Positions 12,718 through 26,005 of a DNA stretch of 64,000 nucleotides are shown in pieces (position 1 is the first letter of the stretch; every line of letters begins with the position of its first letter). The translations under genes were made by a program, and so were the position numbers. The stretch is from the human T2T-CHM13v2.0 reference genome, Homo sapiens. The stretch lies in assembly GCF_009914755.1 (NCBI RefSeq), contig NC_060937.1; one strand, written 5' to 3'. Under the pieces are notes generated by a model. That model was not told the origin of the DNA. It was given only the letters and a program-made list of their open reading frames with translations, and made no database searches.

Positions 12718-14604
12718 CCAATCATCTGTCTATCTGTCTGTCTTACTCTCATATATTATTTTGTTTGTCTCTTTTCTTATCTTGGTCCCCCAAGAGCCTA
12801 ATCCGTAGATGTGGTTTCTATTAATAGCTCAGGATTTCTATCCTGCAATTACAATGTCGTTTACAGAGCCTAGTAGCTAAGTCTAAATCTTCCTGGATTT
12901 CTATTTTTCTTTTATCACCTCTGTATATAAGTTTACAATTTTATACACATTGTGTGTTGCACTCTCAGCTAATGGGACTGTAATTTTACCTGAAGTATAG
13001 CAGTATTGCCACTTGTCAGATAATCTTCTCTGAAGTCCAATGCAAGTCACTATTGACTGTATTTGGTACTACTGCTTCACAGGCTGTGGCTTCATCTTCA
13101 GCTAAAAATTTTGTCTTCTATTCCACATGAAAAACAAATAGGGTCTTACTTTGCTTTGAGGACAGCAATTGGTTTATTAATATTTTAGAATATATAAAAT
13201 TGCTGTAGTTTTTCAGTATGTTCTGTTATTTATGTTTTGGTTTTAGAGTCATACATGTACTCCTAAAGGTATCCTGATTAAGATGAATGCTCACAACCTC
13301 TCTTGGAGGGTAGACATCAAGAAAATAAATCCTACTTTTGTATCTAGATGTTCATGACACATAAAATGGATATAAATTATGATTTTTAAAAATGTAGATA
13401 AAATAGGAAAAATACATTGTTTGCATTTATTCTGAATATTATTGTAGCTTTTCAAACAAAAATAAAAATTTATTTATTTAATCCTTAATTTGGTGACATA
13501 CGAATGTTACAGGAAAAAGATACTGAGTCTATGACCTGTGTATTAACTGTAGCCATAAATTTCAGAAATTAAGCCTCTGCAATACATATTGAGCCTAAAT
13601 ATATAAATAATTCTAAACTGAGGAGTCACAATATTAAATTTCCATGCTAAATCTCAGTGAGTGTATAAAAAACTAATGTACATGATATGTAGTATAGTTA
13701 TGAGTAAAATCATTATTATGTGATATAGTTAAAATAAAATTTTGAATGTTTAAACTGTATTTTTGTTTTTAATTTTATTGTAATTTTTTTAATTGTAAAA
13801 AATATAAAAATTTACAAAAGGTTAGTTCTAAAAGTGCTTGATATTTTGTGAAATTGTAAGACTCCAAACTCAAGCACATCTTATTTCTATGAGGTAGTGT
13901 TTAAACAAATGTGTAAATTTTCACTGTTCTCTGGAGGTAGCAATTAAGCTTTCTCCTGATTTCCATAGGACTTTATGACACTACATTCAAACACATCTGG
14001 TAATAATAATACAAACTCAATTAATAAAATGGACAGTTACTACTTGGTTTTCTACCTGCCATTGACAAATATTTGGCACATTGTTAAACTCTTTACAGGT
14101 TTAATTTTCACTGACATTATATGCCTGAAATAAGTTTATTTTGAACTATTATATGCATATTGCCATAAAATAATGAAGAAATGCATACACACAAAAGCTA
14201 TTTTAAATCTCCTAGCCAGAGAATAACATTATTGACACATTGCTGTTTTTCCATTTAGCATTTTTTTTTAAATGAACATGTATATACAGGTATACCACAG
14301 AGATATTGTGGGTTTAGTTCCAGACAACTATAATAAAATGACTCTCAAGAACTTTCTGAGATTTCTCAGTGCATGTAAAAGTTATGTTTACACCATACTG
14401 TAGTCTATTAAATGTGCAATAACATTATGTATAAAAAGCAATGTACATATATTAATTTAAAAATAGTTTATTGCAAAAAATGCTAACAATCATCTGAGGC
14501 TTCAGTGAGTCATAATCTTTTTGCTCTGGAAGTTCTTAACTCAATGTTGATGCTTGCTGATTGATCAGGATGATGGCTGATAAAAGTTGGGTTGGCTGTG
14601 GCAC

Positions 14605-14932
14605 TTTTTTTTTCTTTCTTTTTTTCTTTTTTCTTTTTTTTTTTTTTTTTGAGATGGAGTCTTTCTCTTTCACCCAGTCTGGAGTGAAGTGGCATGATCT
14701 CGGCTCATTGCAACCTCCAGCCCCCAGATTCAAGTAATTCTCCTGCCTTAGCCTCCCAGGTAGCTGGGATTACAGGCACCCGCCACCACGCCTGGCTAAT
14801 TTTTGTATTTTTAGTAGAGATGGGGTTTCACCATGTTGGCCAGGCTGATTTTGGACTCCTGACCTCAGGTGATCCACCTGCCTTGGCCTCCCAAAGTGCT
14901 GGGATTACAGGCGTGAGCCACCACACTCAGCC
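14605..14932 (-). mobile_element. Alu (AluS) inside Tigger1
   Basis: Full antisense Alu; TGGCA-type TSD. Confidence 0.97.
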
Positions 14933-16468
14933 TGGCAATTTCTTAAAATAAGACAACAGTCAAGTTGGCCACATCATTTGACTCTTCTTTTCATGAATGG
15001 TTGCTTTGTAACATGTGATGATGCTTGATAGCATTTTCCCCACAGAAGAACTTTTAAACTTGGAGTCAGTCATCTCAAAATCTGCTGCTGCCTTATAACA
15101 TCTGCTGTCATTCCCTCTGTTAAAGTCTTGGACCCCTCAGTCACCCATGAAGGTTGGAATCAACTTCTTCCAAACTCCTGTTAATGTTGATATTTCAAAC
15201 TCCTCCAGTTAATCACAAATGTTCTTAATGTCATCTGGAATTTTTTCCAAAATGTTTTCATTTTACTTTGCCCAGATCTAATAGGGGAATCACAATCTAT
15301 GGCAGCTATAGTGTTATGAAATCTATTTCTTAAAAAATATAAACTTGAAAGTTGATACATTGGCTGCAAAATGGTTATTGTGTTAGCAGGCATGAAAACA
15401 TGTATTTTCTTTTACATGTCTGTCAGAGATCTTGGGTGACCAGGTGTATTGTCACTGAGCAATAATTTTTGAAAAGAATCTTGTTTTCTGAGAAATAGGT
15501 CTCAATAGTGGGCTTAAAATATTTAGGGAACAGGTGTGCTGTCATCTAGGCTTTGCTTTTTCCATTTATACAGCACAGGCAGAGTAGATTTAGAGTAATT
15601 CTTAAGGATTCTAAAATTTTTGCAATGATGAATGAGCACTGGCTTCACCTTGAAGCCACCAGCTGCATTCGCCTCTAATAAGAGTCAGCAAGTCCTTTAA
15701 AGCTTTGAATCTAGGTATTGACTTATGCTCTCCAGCTATGAAAATCTTAGATGACATTTCCTGACTTAAGACTGTTTCTTCTACACTGAAAATCTGTTGT
15801 TAGTCTCCTTCCTCAATTATCTTAGCTAGATATTCTGAATTACTTGCCGCAGCTTCTCCATCAGCACTTGCTGTTTCACCTTGCTTTTTTTGATATTGAG
15901 AGAGCTTGTTTTCTTAAACTGCATAGCCAACCTCTGTTAGCTTCAAACTTTTCTTCTGCAGCTTTCTCACCTCCCTTGGCCTTCATAGAATTAAAGAAAA
16001 TTAAGGCCTGTCTCTAGATTAGGCTTTGGTTTAAGAGAATGTAGCTTGTTTGATCTTCTATCCAAACCATTAAAACTTCCTCCATGTTAGCATAAATCTG
16101 TTTTACTTTCTTATCATTCATGTGTTTGATGGAGTAGGACTTCTAATTTTCTTCAATAACTTTTCATTTTCATTCACAATTTGATGAAATGTTTGGTGCA
16201 AGAGGCCTAGCTTTTAGCTTATTTCAGCTTTCAACACGCCTTCCTCACTAAACTTAATTATTTCTAGCTTTGCATTGGAAGTGAAAGATATGTGACTCTT
16301 TCTTTCACTTGAACACTTAGAGGCCACTGTAGGGCTGTTGATTGGCCTAATTTCAATTTGTTGTGCCTTAGAAAAAGGAAGGCCTGAGGAGAGGGCAAGA
16401 GAGGAAAGGCCAGTCAGTGGAGCAATAAGTACAGACAAAATATTTATGGATTAAGTTCACCACCTTAA

Positions 16469-16766
16469 GTCCAGGTGCGGTGGCTTACACCTGTAATCCC
16501 AGCATTTTGGGAGGACTAGTTGGGCAGATAACTTGAGTTCAGGAGTTCGAGGCCAGCCTGGGCAACACAGCAAAACCCTGTCTCTGCTAATACAAAAATT
16601 AGCTAGGTGTGATGGTGTATGTCTGTAGTTCCAGCTACTCAGGAGGCTGGGGTGGGAGAATCACTTGAGCCCAGGAAGTCTAGGCTACAGTGAGCCATAA
16701 TTGCCACTGCACTCCTGCCTGGGTGACAGAGCAAAACCTTGTCTCAGAAAAAAAAAAAAAAAAAAA
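16469..16766 (+). mobile_element. Alu (AluJ) inside Tigger1
   Basis: Sense Alu with poly-A; TSD-like TCACCA(C/T)CTT on both sides. Confidence 0.95.
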
Positions 16767-17929
16767 TCACCATCTTTTACAGGTGTGGTTAGTGACATAC
16801 CAAAAACAATCACAATAGGAACATCAAAGACTGGTCACATCTATAATAATAGAGAAGTTTGAAATACTCTGAGTATTATCAAAATGCAATGCAAAGACCC
16901 AAAGTAAACCAATGCTACTGAAAAAATGGCACAGATAGACTTGCTCAATGCAGAGTTAACACAACACTTGAATTTGTAAAAAGCACAATATCTATGTGCT
17001 TACTTACTGAGTTGATATAACACTTTATCAGGGCATTAAAGGAACAAGCTATGAAGCACAATAAAGTAAAGCACAATAAAACAAGGAATGCCTTTGTATT
17101 TAATTTAAAAATATGTTTGTCTACTTTTTACCTAAGCAATTTCTCGTGCTATAAAATATTTACCATGAATGATGTTCTTAGCTTCATTATATACTGGTAT
17201 GTAAACTTATAGCCATGTACTTGTGTGCAAGAAAGCAGTAAGTTATCTACTGTGAATTTCGGCTGTCTTTCAAAAAAATTGTCTCATTTTTTATATCCTA
17301 ATTATATACTTTAAAAATTAATGTATATGTATTTTATTTCTAGTTCATGACACAGAGATTCAGTAAATATTTGTTGGAAGCTTGTTCACATTGTTCTGTA
17401 TTGACACTTCTTTTTATGGAGTCAAGATATATGTACTTTCCTTTATTAGTAATTGAGTGATAAGTATATGTTATCTAAGTTTATGATATTTTTCAATATC
17501 TACTTCAATGGTTACAATAATTCCTTTTCAGAAATAGCCCTGGCTTAGATGTCTTATTTCTAAGAGAAGCCACTGTATCTAAAAACAGCCTTAGGGCTTT
17601 CATAAGTGGCAGTCCCAGTTATAGGAATCACTACGCCCAGAGGAACTCAAAGCTATGGCTACTGTCAAGTATTTTTGCTTCCTCTAGGCCAGATGCAGTT
17701 TTCTCATCAGATGTCTTTTCATCAAAAACAATGCTGCATAGTTATTGAATTGATATAACACTTTATCAAGGTATTATTAGAGGAAAAGGGCTAAGCAGTT
17801 AATCAAAGATCAAAACTTTACATAGGAGAGGAAAGGGTCCTGTTAACCGTCTGCCCACACAGAACTATTTTGCTTTTTTGAGATTTTGGTCTCTATATCT
17901 TTCTTGACAAATTTCTTTCTACCATTTAT

Positions 17930-18081
17930 ATAGATATATATGCATGTGTATATATATTTGTATGCATTAATATTTATATATGAATGACATATATATGATA
18001 TAGTATATACACTGCCTAATTATTTGTTTTTATATATGTATAGTATATATATATATGTATAGTATATATATATATATATAT
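17930..18081. repeat. (TA)n-rich low-complexity tract
   Basis: Direct reading. Confidence 0.9.
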
Positions 18082-18402
18082 CGGTGTCTTGAAGGTTGAA
18101 ATTATTTTTTAGGAAATAATCTATTCATGTTTCTTGCATTTCTGATATACTCTTTCAGCATTGAGAAGACAAATTCAATTATGATGTTAGTAAGATCATA
18201 AAAGATATCTTTCATCTATTTTATTGTCATAAAAAATCTGGAAATTTTTCTAAATATTAGCTTTTTGTTCCTATTTATACCATGTATACTTTCTCACCTC
18301 CAGTTCTTTGTAACATAATATTTCTTTGTTTTCAAAATTCTTTCTCTGTTCATTATGGGTAACTCCTAGCCATTCTTCATGCCCACCTTAGGTTTTACTT
18401 TC

Positions 18403-18701
18403 TTTTCCTTTTATTTCTTTTAGAGACAGAGTCTTGCTCTGTCCCCCAGCCTGGAGTGCAGTGGTGAGATCACACCATTGCAACCTTGAAATCTTGGGCT
18501 CCAGCAATCCTCCCACTTTAGCCTCCCAAGTAGCTAGGACTATAGCTATGTGCCACCAGGGCCAGCTGATTTAAAAAAAAAAAATTTTTTTTAGAGCGTT
18601 CTCACCATGTTGTCCATGCTTGTCTCTTGGTCTCAAGCAGTCACAAAGTCAAATTCCTCCCAAAGTGCTGGGATTAAAGGCATGAGCCACTGTGCCCACC
18701 C
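18403..18701 (-). mobile_element. Alu (AluJ)
   Basis: Perfect 13-bp TSD AGGTTTTACTTTC at 18390-18402 and 18702-18714. Confidence 0.95.
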
Positions 18702-19214
18702 AGGTTTTACTTTCACAAGAAACTTTGGTTTCTCATTTTTATAATGAAAGTTCTAGCTTAAATAAACCTATTGTTTCTTCCATATTTAACATTCTATTTT
18801 AGTTATCTTGACTTCTCATGACTTGCTTTTATCACTATATTCCTGTTTCTTGTGTTTCTAAGTAGATGATGAATCAGATGTCATTCTAGTTAGGTTCAGA
18901 TACAACTGGTTTAAAGCCCTATTTCCACCCTGTGGAAACCCCAAGCCCTCACTAAATCTACTTGGGATTTCCTGAGTTTGTATGTTTTTAAGGAAAGTTC
19001 AGTCTCCTGGCTTTTATTTTTCATGAATACTAACTCTGCACTGTAATGTTAATACAAAGTTAATTCTCAGCTATTTGCTTTTATTGCCATACAATATGCA
19101 AATAAGCAAACAAAACACCTAACATTTACATATAATTGCATTTGAAATATTATAGTAAAATGTGATAGTGATTTGTTTGTATTCAGTTAGGTAATGGTAG
19201 TGGACTGTAAAAGC

Positions 19215-19915
<701 letters not shown>

Positions 19916-20260
19916 CTGGAAAACAGTTTTTAAAAATAGAATATATGCATTTGATTTTGAGTTCTAGCTATGATAATTTCCACTGTAATAATGTCCTTAG
20001 TAATTAATAAGCATAAACATGTTTATTATCACAGAAAATTGCATGAGAACTATCAGAGAGAAGTCAATGTGTAGAAAGTTCATGTAAGATAATAAAAATC
20101 AAGTAGATAATAAAGCATATCAATTAATACCATATTTAGATATAAAGCTTTAAATATATACTAAACACTTTGATTTTGGTTTTATTTCTTCTTTTCAACT
20201 TTTATTTTAGATTCAGGGTGCATATCTGCAAGTTTGTCATAAGGATATATGCTGTGATGA

Positions 20261-20567
20261 GGCCGGGCTCGGTGGCTCACGCCTGTAATCCCAGCACTCT
20301 GGGAGGCCGAGGCGGGCGGGTCATGAGGTCAGGAGATGGAGACCATCCTGGCTAACATGGTGAAACCCCGTCTTGACTAAAAATATAAAAATTAGCCAGA
20401 TGTGGTGGTGGGCACCTGTAGTCCCAGCTACTCAGGAGGCTAAGGCAGGAGAATGGTGTGAACCCCGGAAGTGGAGCTTGCAGTGAGCCGAGATTGCGCA
20501 ACTGCACTCCAGCCTGGGTGACAGAGGGAGACTCCATCTCACAAAAAAAAAAAAAAAAAAAAAAAAA
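20261..20567 (+). mobile_element. AluY inside the L1 3' UTR
   Basis: TSD GATATATG(C/G)TGTGATG; poly-A tail. Confidence 0.97.
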
Positions 20568-22363
20568 GATATATGGTGTGATGTTGAAATTTGGTGTATA
20601 ATTGAACCCATCACCCAGGTAGTAAGCCTAGCACCCAATAGATAGTTTTTCAACCCTTGAGCCTCCCCTTCCCTAGTTATAGTCTTCAGTGTCTATCGTT
20701 CTCATCTTTTGTCCATGTGTACCCAATGTTCAGCTCCCACTTGTAAGTGAAAACATGGAGTATTTGATTTTCCAATTCTGCATTAGTTCACTTAGGATAA
20801 TGGCCTCTAGCTACATTCATGTTGCTGCAAAGGACATAATTTTGTTTTTTTATAGCTATGTTGTATTCAATGGTATATATGTAACACATGTTGAAGTCTC
20901 CCACTGTTATTACATGCCTGTGTAAATCTTTTCATAGGTCTGAAATCACATGTTTTATGAATCTGGATACTCCAATGTTGAGTGTGCATATAATTAGTAA
21001 AGTCTTCTTGCTGAATCGAAACTTTAATCGTTACATATTGTCTTTTTTGTCCTTTTTACTATTGTTGGTTTAAAGTCTGTTTAATCTGGTATAAGAATCA
21101 TGACCCCTGCTCTCTTCTGTTTTCCATTGCATGATAGATCTTTCTCCATTCCTTTACTTTGAGCCTGTGGGTATGGCTACATGTGAGATGGATCTCTTAA
21201 AGACAGCAGACAATTGGGTCTTGTTTTTCTACCCAACTTATCACTCGGTGCTTTTTAGGTGGAGCATTTAGACCATTTAAATTCAAGATTAATATTGCTA
21301 TGTGAGGGGGTTTTTTTTGATGTTTTTGTCTGGTTGCTTCATAGTCCTTATTGTGTAGTTGCTTTATGCGATTTGTGAGCTACGTATTTAAGTGGGTTTT
21401 TGTGGTAGCAGGTATCGTTCTCTTGCTTCCATATTTAGAACTTCCTTAAGGCTCTCTTGTAAGACTCACCTAGTGGGAACAAATTCCCTTAGCATTTGCT
21501 GTCTGGAAAGTATTTTGTTTATCCTCCATTTATGAGGTTTAGTGTGGCAGGATATGAAATTCTTGGTTGAAATTTATTTTCCTTAAGGATGCTAATAATA
21601 GGCTCCCAATCTCTTCTGGCTTGTAAGGTTTCTGCTAAGAAATCCACTGTTAGCATGATGGGGTTCCTTTTGTAAGTGATCTGACCCTTTTCTCTTGCTG
21701 CTTTTAAGATGTTTTTTTCACATTGACTTTGGAGAATCTGATGACTATGTGTCTTGGTGATGATCATCTTATATTGTATCTCACAGGGGTTCTCTCAATT
21801 TCTTGAATTTGTATGTTGACCTCTCTAGCACAATTGGGGAAATTTTCATGACCTATATCCTCAGATATGTTTTCCAATTTGCTTATTATTTCTCCTTCTC
21901 TCTCAGAAATGCCAGTGAGTCACAGAATTGGTGTTTTTACATAATCTCATGTTTCTTGACGATTATGTTCATTTTTAAAGTTATTTTTTCTTTATTATTT
22001 TCTCACTGAATTGATTCAAAGAACTCATCCTTGAGTTCTGAAATTCTTTCCTCAGCTTGGTTTAGTGTGTTGCTAAGGTTTCTAATTGTATTTGAGATGC
22101 CTATAGTGAATTTTTAAATTCCAAACACATTCAGTTTGGTTCTTCCTTAATATGGCTATAACATCTTTTAGCTCTGGGATCATTTTACTGGCTTTCTTCT
22201 ATTGGGTTTCAACTTTCTCTTGAATTTAGTTGCCATTCAGACTCTGAATTCTATGTCTCTTGTCTCAGGCAATTCAATCTGTTTAGGATCTATTGCTGGA
22301 GAGCTTGTGGAATCCTTTGGAGGTAAAGAAATGCTATGACTATTTGAATTGCCAACGTTCTTG

Positions 22364-22787
22364 TGCACAGCAAAATAAATTATAAAAAGAATAAGCAGAC
22401 AATCTACGGAATGTGAGAAAATATTACCAAACTATGTATTATATCTGACAAAGGTCTAATATCTAAAATCTATAAGAAACTTAAATAAACCAATAAGCAA
22501 AACCTTAAAAATAATTCCATTAAAAAACAGGCAAGAAATGAATAGATCCCTCTCAAAAGAAGACATACAAGCAGCCAAGAAGCATGTGAAAAAAATACCT
22601 GAAAACCACAAGAAGAAACCATCTCACACTAGTCAAAATGGCTATTATTAAAAAGTCAAAAGACAACAGATGTTGGAGGAGCTGCAGAGACAAGGGAATG
22701 CTTATGCACTGTTGGTGGGAATGTAAATTAGTTCAGCCACTGTGGAAAGCAGTTTGGAGATTTCTCTAAGAACTAAAAATACAGCTA
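22364..22787 (+). mobile_element. Sense L1 ORF2 C-terminal fragment embedded in the antisense L1
   Basis: TGCACAGCAAAA...TCTGACAAAGGTCTAATATC...CACTGTTGGTGGGAATGTAAATTAGTTCAGCCACTGTGGAAAGCAG; no poly-A. Confidence 0.88.
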
Positions 22788-24542
22788 ATTTCTTCTCATC
22801 TGAGAAGGCTGGTGTTTCTTTTTCTTTTTGAAGTTGCTGTCATTTGGGTGGGTTTTTTGTTTTTTATTGTTTTTATTTTTTCCCTTGAGGGTTTGATTGT
22901 GGCATATGTTGTGAATAGTCTATTGGCTTCATTTCTGGGTGTTTTCAAAGGGCCAAAGCTCTGTATGGGTTCCTTCATTGTGGCTAGTTTCTTGCATTTG
23001 GTTTCACAGGTGATGCATGCTGAAGGCATTTTTTTTTTTTTTTTTTTTTTTTGGTGCAATCCATCAGGTGGTATTTAAGTGTAAAGACCAGCAGAGAGGC
23101 TCTCACACAGCCACGTGCCACTTCTGTATTCCAGTTCATTTGCGGCAGTGCTCTGGGGATAGGGAGAGGGGGCAAGAGATGACCCCCTCACCATGTCTGC
23201 TCCTAGGCCTTGGGGGAACCCCCGGAAATCACTGGAACCATTCCTACCTTTACTTAGCCCTAAACGGGACCCTGGTGGGCTGCCCTTCCCCATTCCATAG
23301 GGGCAGCTTGAGCTGAAGGTAGGTCACCATTAGGCCGGCAACTCCCTAGGGATCTGTTGGTCCTCTGAGCTTGGTAGAGTCAAAGTATGTTGTGTGGTAT
23401 TTCTGTGGGTGGTCTAGAGATACAGTGGGTCAAGGGAGGAGGATCCCCAGGCACTGCAGTGTGTTGGAAGTGTGAAGCTGGTGTGGCACCAATGGCCTGG
23501 GGTGTTTTGCCCAGCAGATGGTTGTGGGGACCACCTAGCTTGTGCTCTCCTGCCTGGATTTCCTTTCAATGTCTTTCCCAGGAGCAGGCTTAACAAGCTA
23601 ATTTTATCCTAAGAAATCCTGTGCCAAGAGTGCTGGGCTGTTCCAGGTATTCTGGGCCGCAGAGCTCTCTTGGACAGAAGCTGTGGCTGGCCAACAGGCT
23701 ACACCCTTTCTTGAGTTGTGTTGCAGAGGGAGAGATGCCTAGTTCTAGTGCCCCAGTGCACAAACCCAGTCCTAACTTTTCTCAGAGTTCTGAGAGTGAG
23801 GCACCTCCCTGCCTCAAGCTCAGGCCACAGATTTCAGTTCAATATCCCTGGGCAGTGTGCTTGATGAGTGAGGGGTTGAGCACAGGCCTGTGGCTGTGTC
23901 GTCTCATCCCTTGGGGTTGAGCACTCACTGTGCTAGAGGGGTCAAATTGCTCTCAGGCCACTGGCAAAACACTCGGGTGGGGCAGTGAAAGTTGTGCTGT
24001 GTGCCCACTCTTGTGGGAGCAGCCAGTCACAGACTTTGGGAGGGGCAGGCAGACAAGGGGGCATGCAAATCAGATCAGTCTTGCAGGAAAGGCATCCCTT
24101 GTCTCTCCCAGCCCAGCTCAGCAGGGACTAGAGTCATTCAGAGCAAGATAGCCTTGAAAGATGGGCACCTACGATCGCATTTGGCTGTAGCAGCCCTATG
24201 CGTAAAACCTTCAGGACTTTGTACAGGTTTGAGCTGCCTCTGCCCACTCTCCAGGCAGTTCCCCTTGTCAATACGAATGCCTATGGGGGTAATGGGATCT
24301 CTTGTAGCTAGGATCCCAGAGGTCCACAGCAGTAGTGTAGTACCCAAGAGCTCTTTCACTCAACCCTTCCTTAGAACCTGTTCAGGACCAGGAGCTGGTC
24401 TTGGCATTCAGCAACTCCACGCAGGCGTCTCAGCTTCCTCCGTCTTCAACCTCAGTGTCTGTAGCACTTCTCTGTTGACTTTCAGTGTTTTCTCTTTAAA
24501 AATCTCCTCTAAGTGTGACGGATTACTCAATATTTTTGTGGG

Positions 24543-24551
<9 letters not shown>

Positions 24552-24580
<29 letters not shown>
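24552..24580. repeat. (TG)n
   Basis: Direct reading. Confidence 0.95.
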
Positions 24581-24583
<3 letters not shown>

Positions 24584-24736
24584 AGGAGTGTTTTGTGGCT
24601 GCGTCTAGTTAACTATCTGTCCCTCCCCATGCTTTCTTTCTCTTAGCAACAATAAGTCTATGGTTGTACTTCTTTTTGTCTACTGAGGGAATTGTGCTGA
24701 GAGTTTAACTGCAGGAAAAAAAAATTGAGCATTGAC

Positions 24737-25033
24737 TTTTTTTTTTTTTTTTTGAGATGGAGTCTTGCTCTGTCACCCAGGCTGGAGTGCAGTGGCGGGG
24801 TCTAGGCTCACTGCAAGCTCTGCCTCCCGGGTTCATGCTATTCTCCTGCCTGAGCCTCCTAAGTAGCTGGGACTACAGGCACCCGCCACCACGCCCGGCT
24901 AATTTTTTGTATTTTTAGTAGAGACGGGGTTTCACTGTGTTAGCCAGGATGGTCTCGATCTCCTGACCTCGTGATCCACCCGCCTCGGCTTCCCAAAGTG
25001 CTGGGATTACAGGCATGAGCCACCGCGCCTGGC
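24737..25033 (-). mobile_element. AluY
   Basis: Y diagnostics; TSD TGACTT. Confidence 0.97.
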
Positions 25034-25379
25034 TGACTTACTTTTACAAGAGATTGAAATTGCTTAAAGTAGCACGTGTAATAAAATAAAATAACTCTTT
25101 CGAAGGAAGCAAAATGATTTAATTAAAAACTGCTAATAATTATGTTTCTATACATCTTATGACTGCCTGTCAGCCTCATCTCAGTTAAGAATTCTGTTGG
25201 TTAATAAACTCATACTTAGCTTGAATAGAATCCAAGGATTGTAATGTTTACATCTTCCATTTAGAAAATTTCTCATATTCACTTCATTGTTTTCAAACTT
25301 CATAGTACTGAATTTTTGTGTAAACCAAAATGTAATGTTCTTTCTATAGACAAAGAAAATATGTTTAAGAAAATTTGTT

Positions 25380-25684
25380 GGCCGGGAGCGGTGGCTCAAG
25401 CCTGTAATCCCAGCACTTTGGGAGGCCGAGGCGGGTGGATCATGAGGTCAGGAGATCGAGACCATCCTGGCTAACACGGTGAAACCCCGTCTCTACTAAA
25501 AATACAAAAAAAAAAAAAAAATTAGCCGGGCTTGGTGGTGGGCGCCTGTAGTCCCAGCTACTCCGGAGGCTGAGGCAAGAGAATGGCGTGAACCTGGGAG
25601 GAGGAGCTTACAGTGAGCCTAGATCGCGCCACTGCACTCCAGCCTGGGCGACAGGGCAAGACTCCATCTCAAAAAAAAAAAAAA
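25380..25684 (+). mobile_element. AluY
   Basis: Y diagnostics; TSD A(A/G)GAAAATTTGTT. Confidence 0.97.
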
Positions 25685-25978
25685 GGAAAATTTGTTTTGA
25701 GTCCTGCAAGCAGCAGGACAGAAATAAAAATAATAAAATAAATAAGTGAGATGTAGTCAAAGGAAACTGAAAACCTCACCCATCTGAAAATAAATATCTG
25801 AACTTTAGTTGTTGGTTAATTTTACTTTTTAATAAGTACAAAATGTAGTAGACAGCTATAAATAAAGCCAAGCCCTTGGTTTTCCATTCCAGTAAAATTT
25901 ACTACAATCATGGATATTGCCTTCACCTTTACCAACATGATACAACTCCTACCAATCTCCCTTGGTCTTTTTCCTTAC

Positions 25979-26005
25979 CAACAGTTTGCAACCCCAAAAT
26001 GAAAC
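25979..26005 (-). other. Candidate 27-nt microexon
   Basis: Minus strand reads ...GCATGCTAATTGTTTTTCTCCATTTACAG|GTTTCATTTTGGGGTTGCAAACTGTTG|GTAAGG; no stop codon in any frame. Confidence 0.35.

Larger units (their letters stand above)
14287..17096 (-). mobile_element. Tigger1 DNA transposon, near full length and decayed, with two Alu insertions
   Basis: TA-flanked termini CAGGTATACCAC... and ...AACAAGGAATGCCTTTG. Transposase remnants appear in ORFs 15181-15393 (MPANTITILQPM...KMKTFWK) and 16214-16438 (KCSSERKSH...KLEIIKFSEEG). Confidence 0.93.
20175..24628 (-). mobile_element. Old L1PA/L1PB element retaining 5' UTR, ORF1 and 3' UTR; most of ORF2 deleted
   Basis: 3' UTR 20175-20888; EN-domain region from about 20889; ORF1 remnant (ORF 21519-21767 KNILKAAREKGQITYK...FQPRISYPA); 5' end GGGGAGGGACAGATAGTTAACTAGACGCAGC at 24628. 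Confidence 0.9.

Noticed and set aside
23992-24612. 206-aa ORF, the longest in the window
   Set aside because: Lies antisense within the GC-richer L1 5' UTR, includes (TG)n, and has no recognisable domain.
25774-25795. Minus-strand TTTTCAG|ATGG|GTGAGG 4-nt exon-like motif
   Set aside because: Short pyrimidine tract and frameshifting length; cannot be distinguished from chance.
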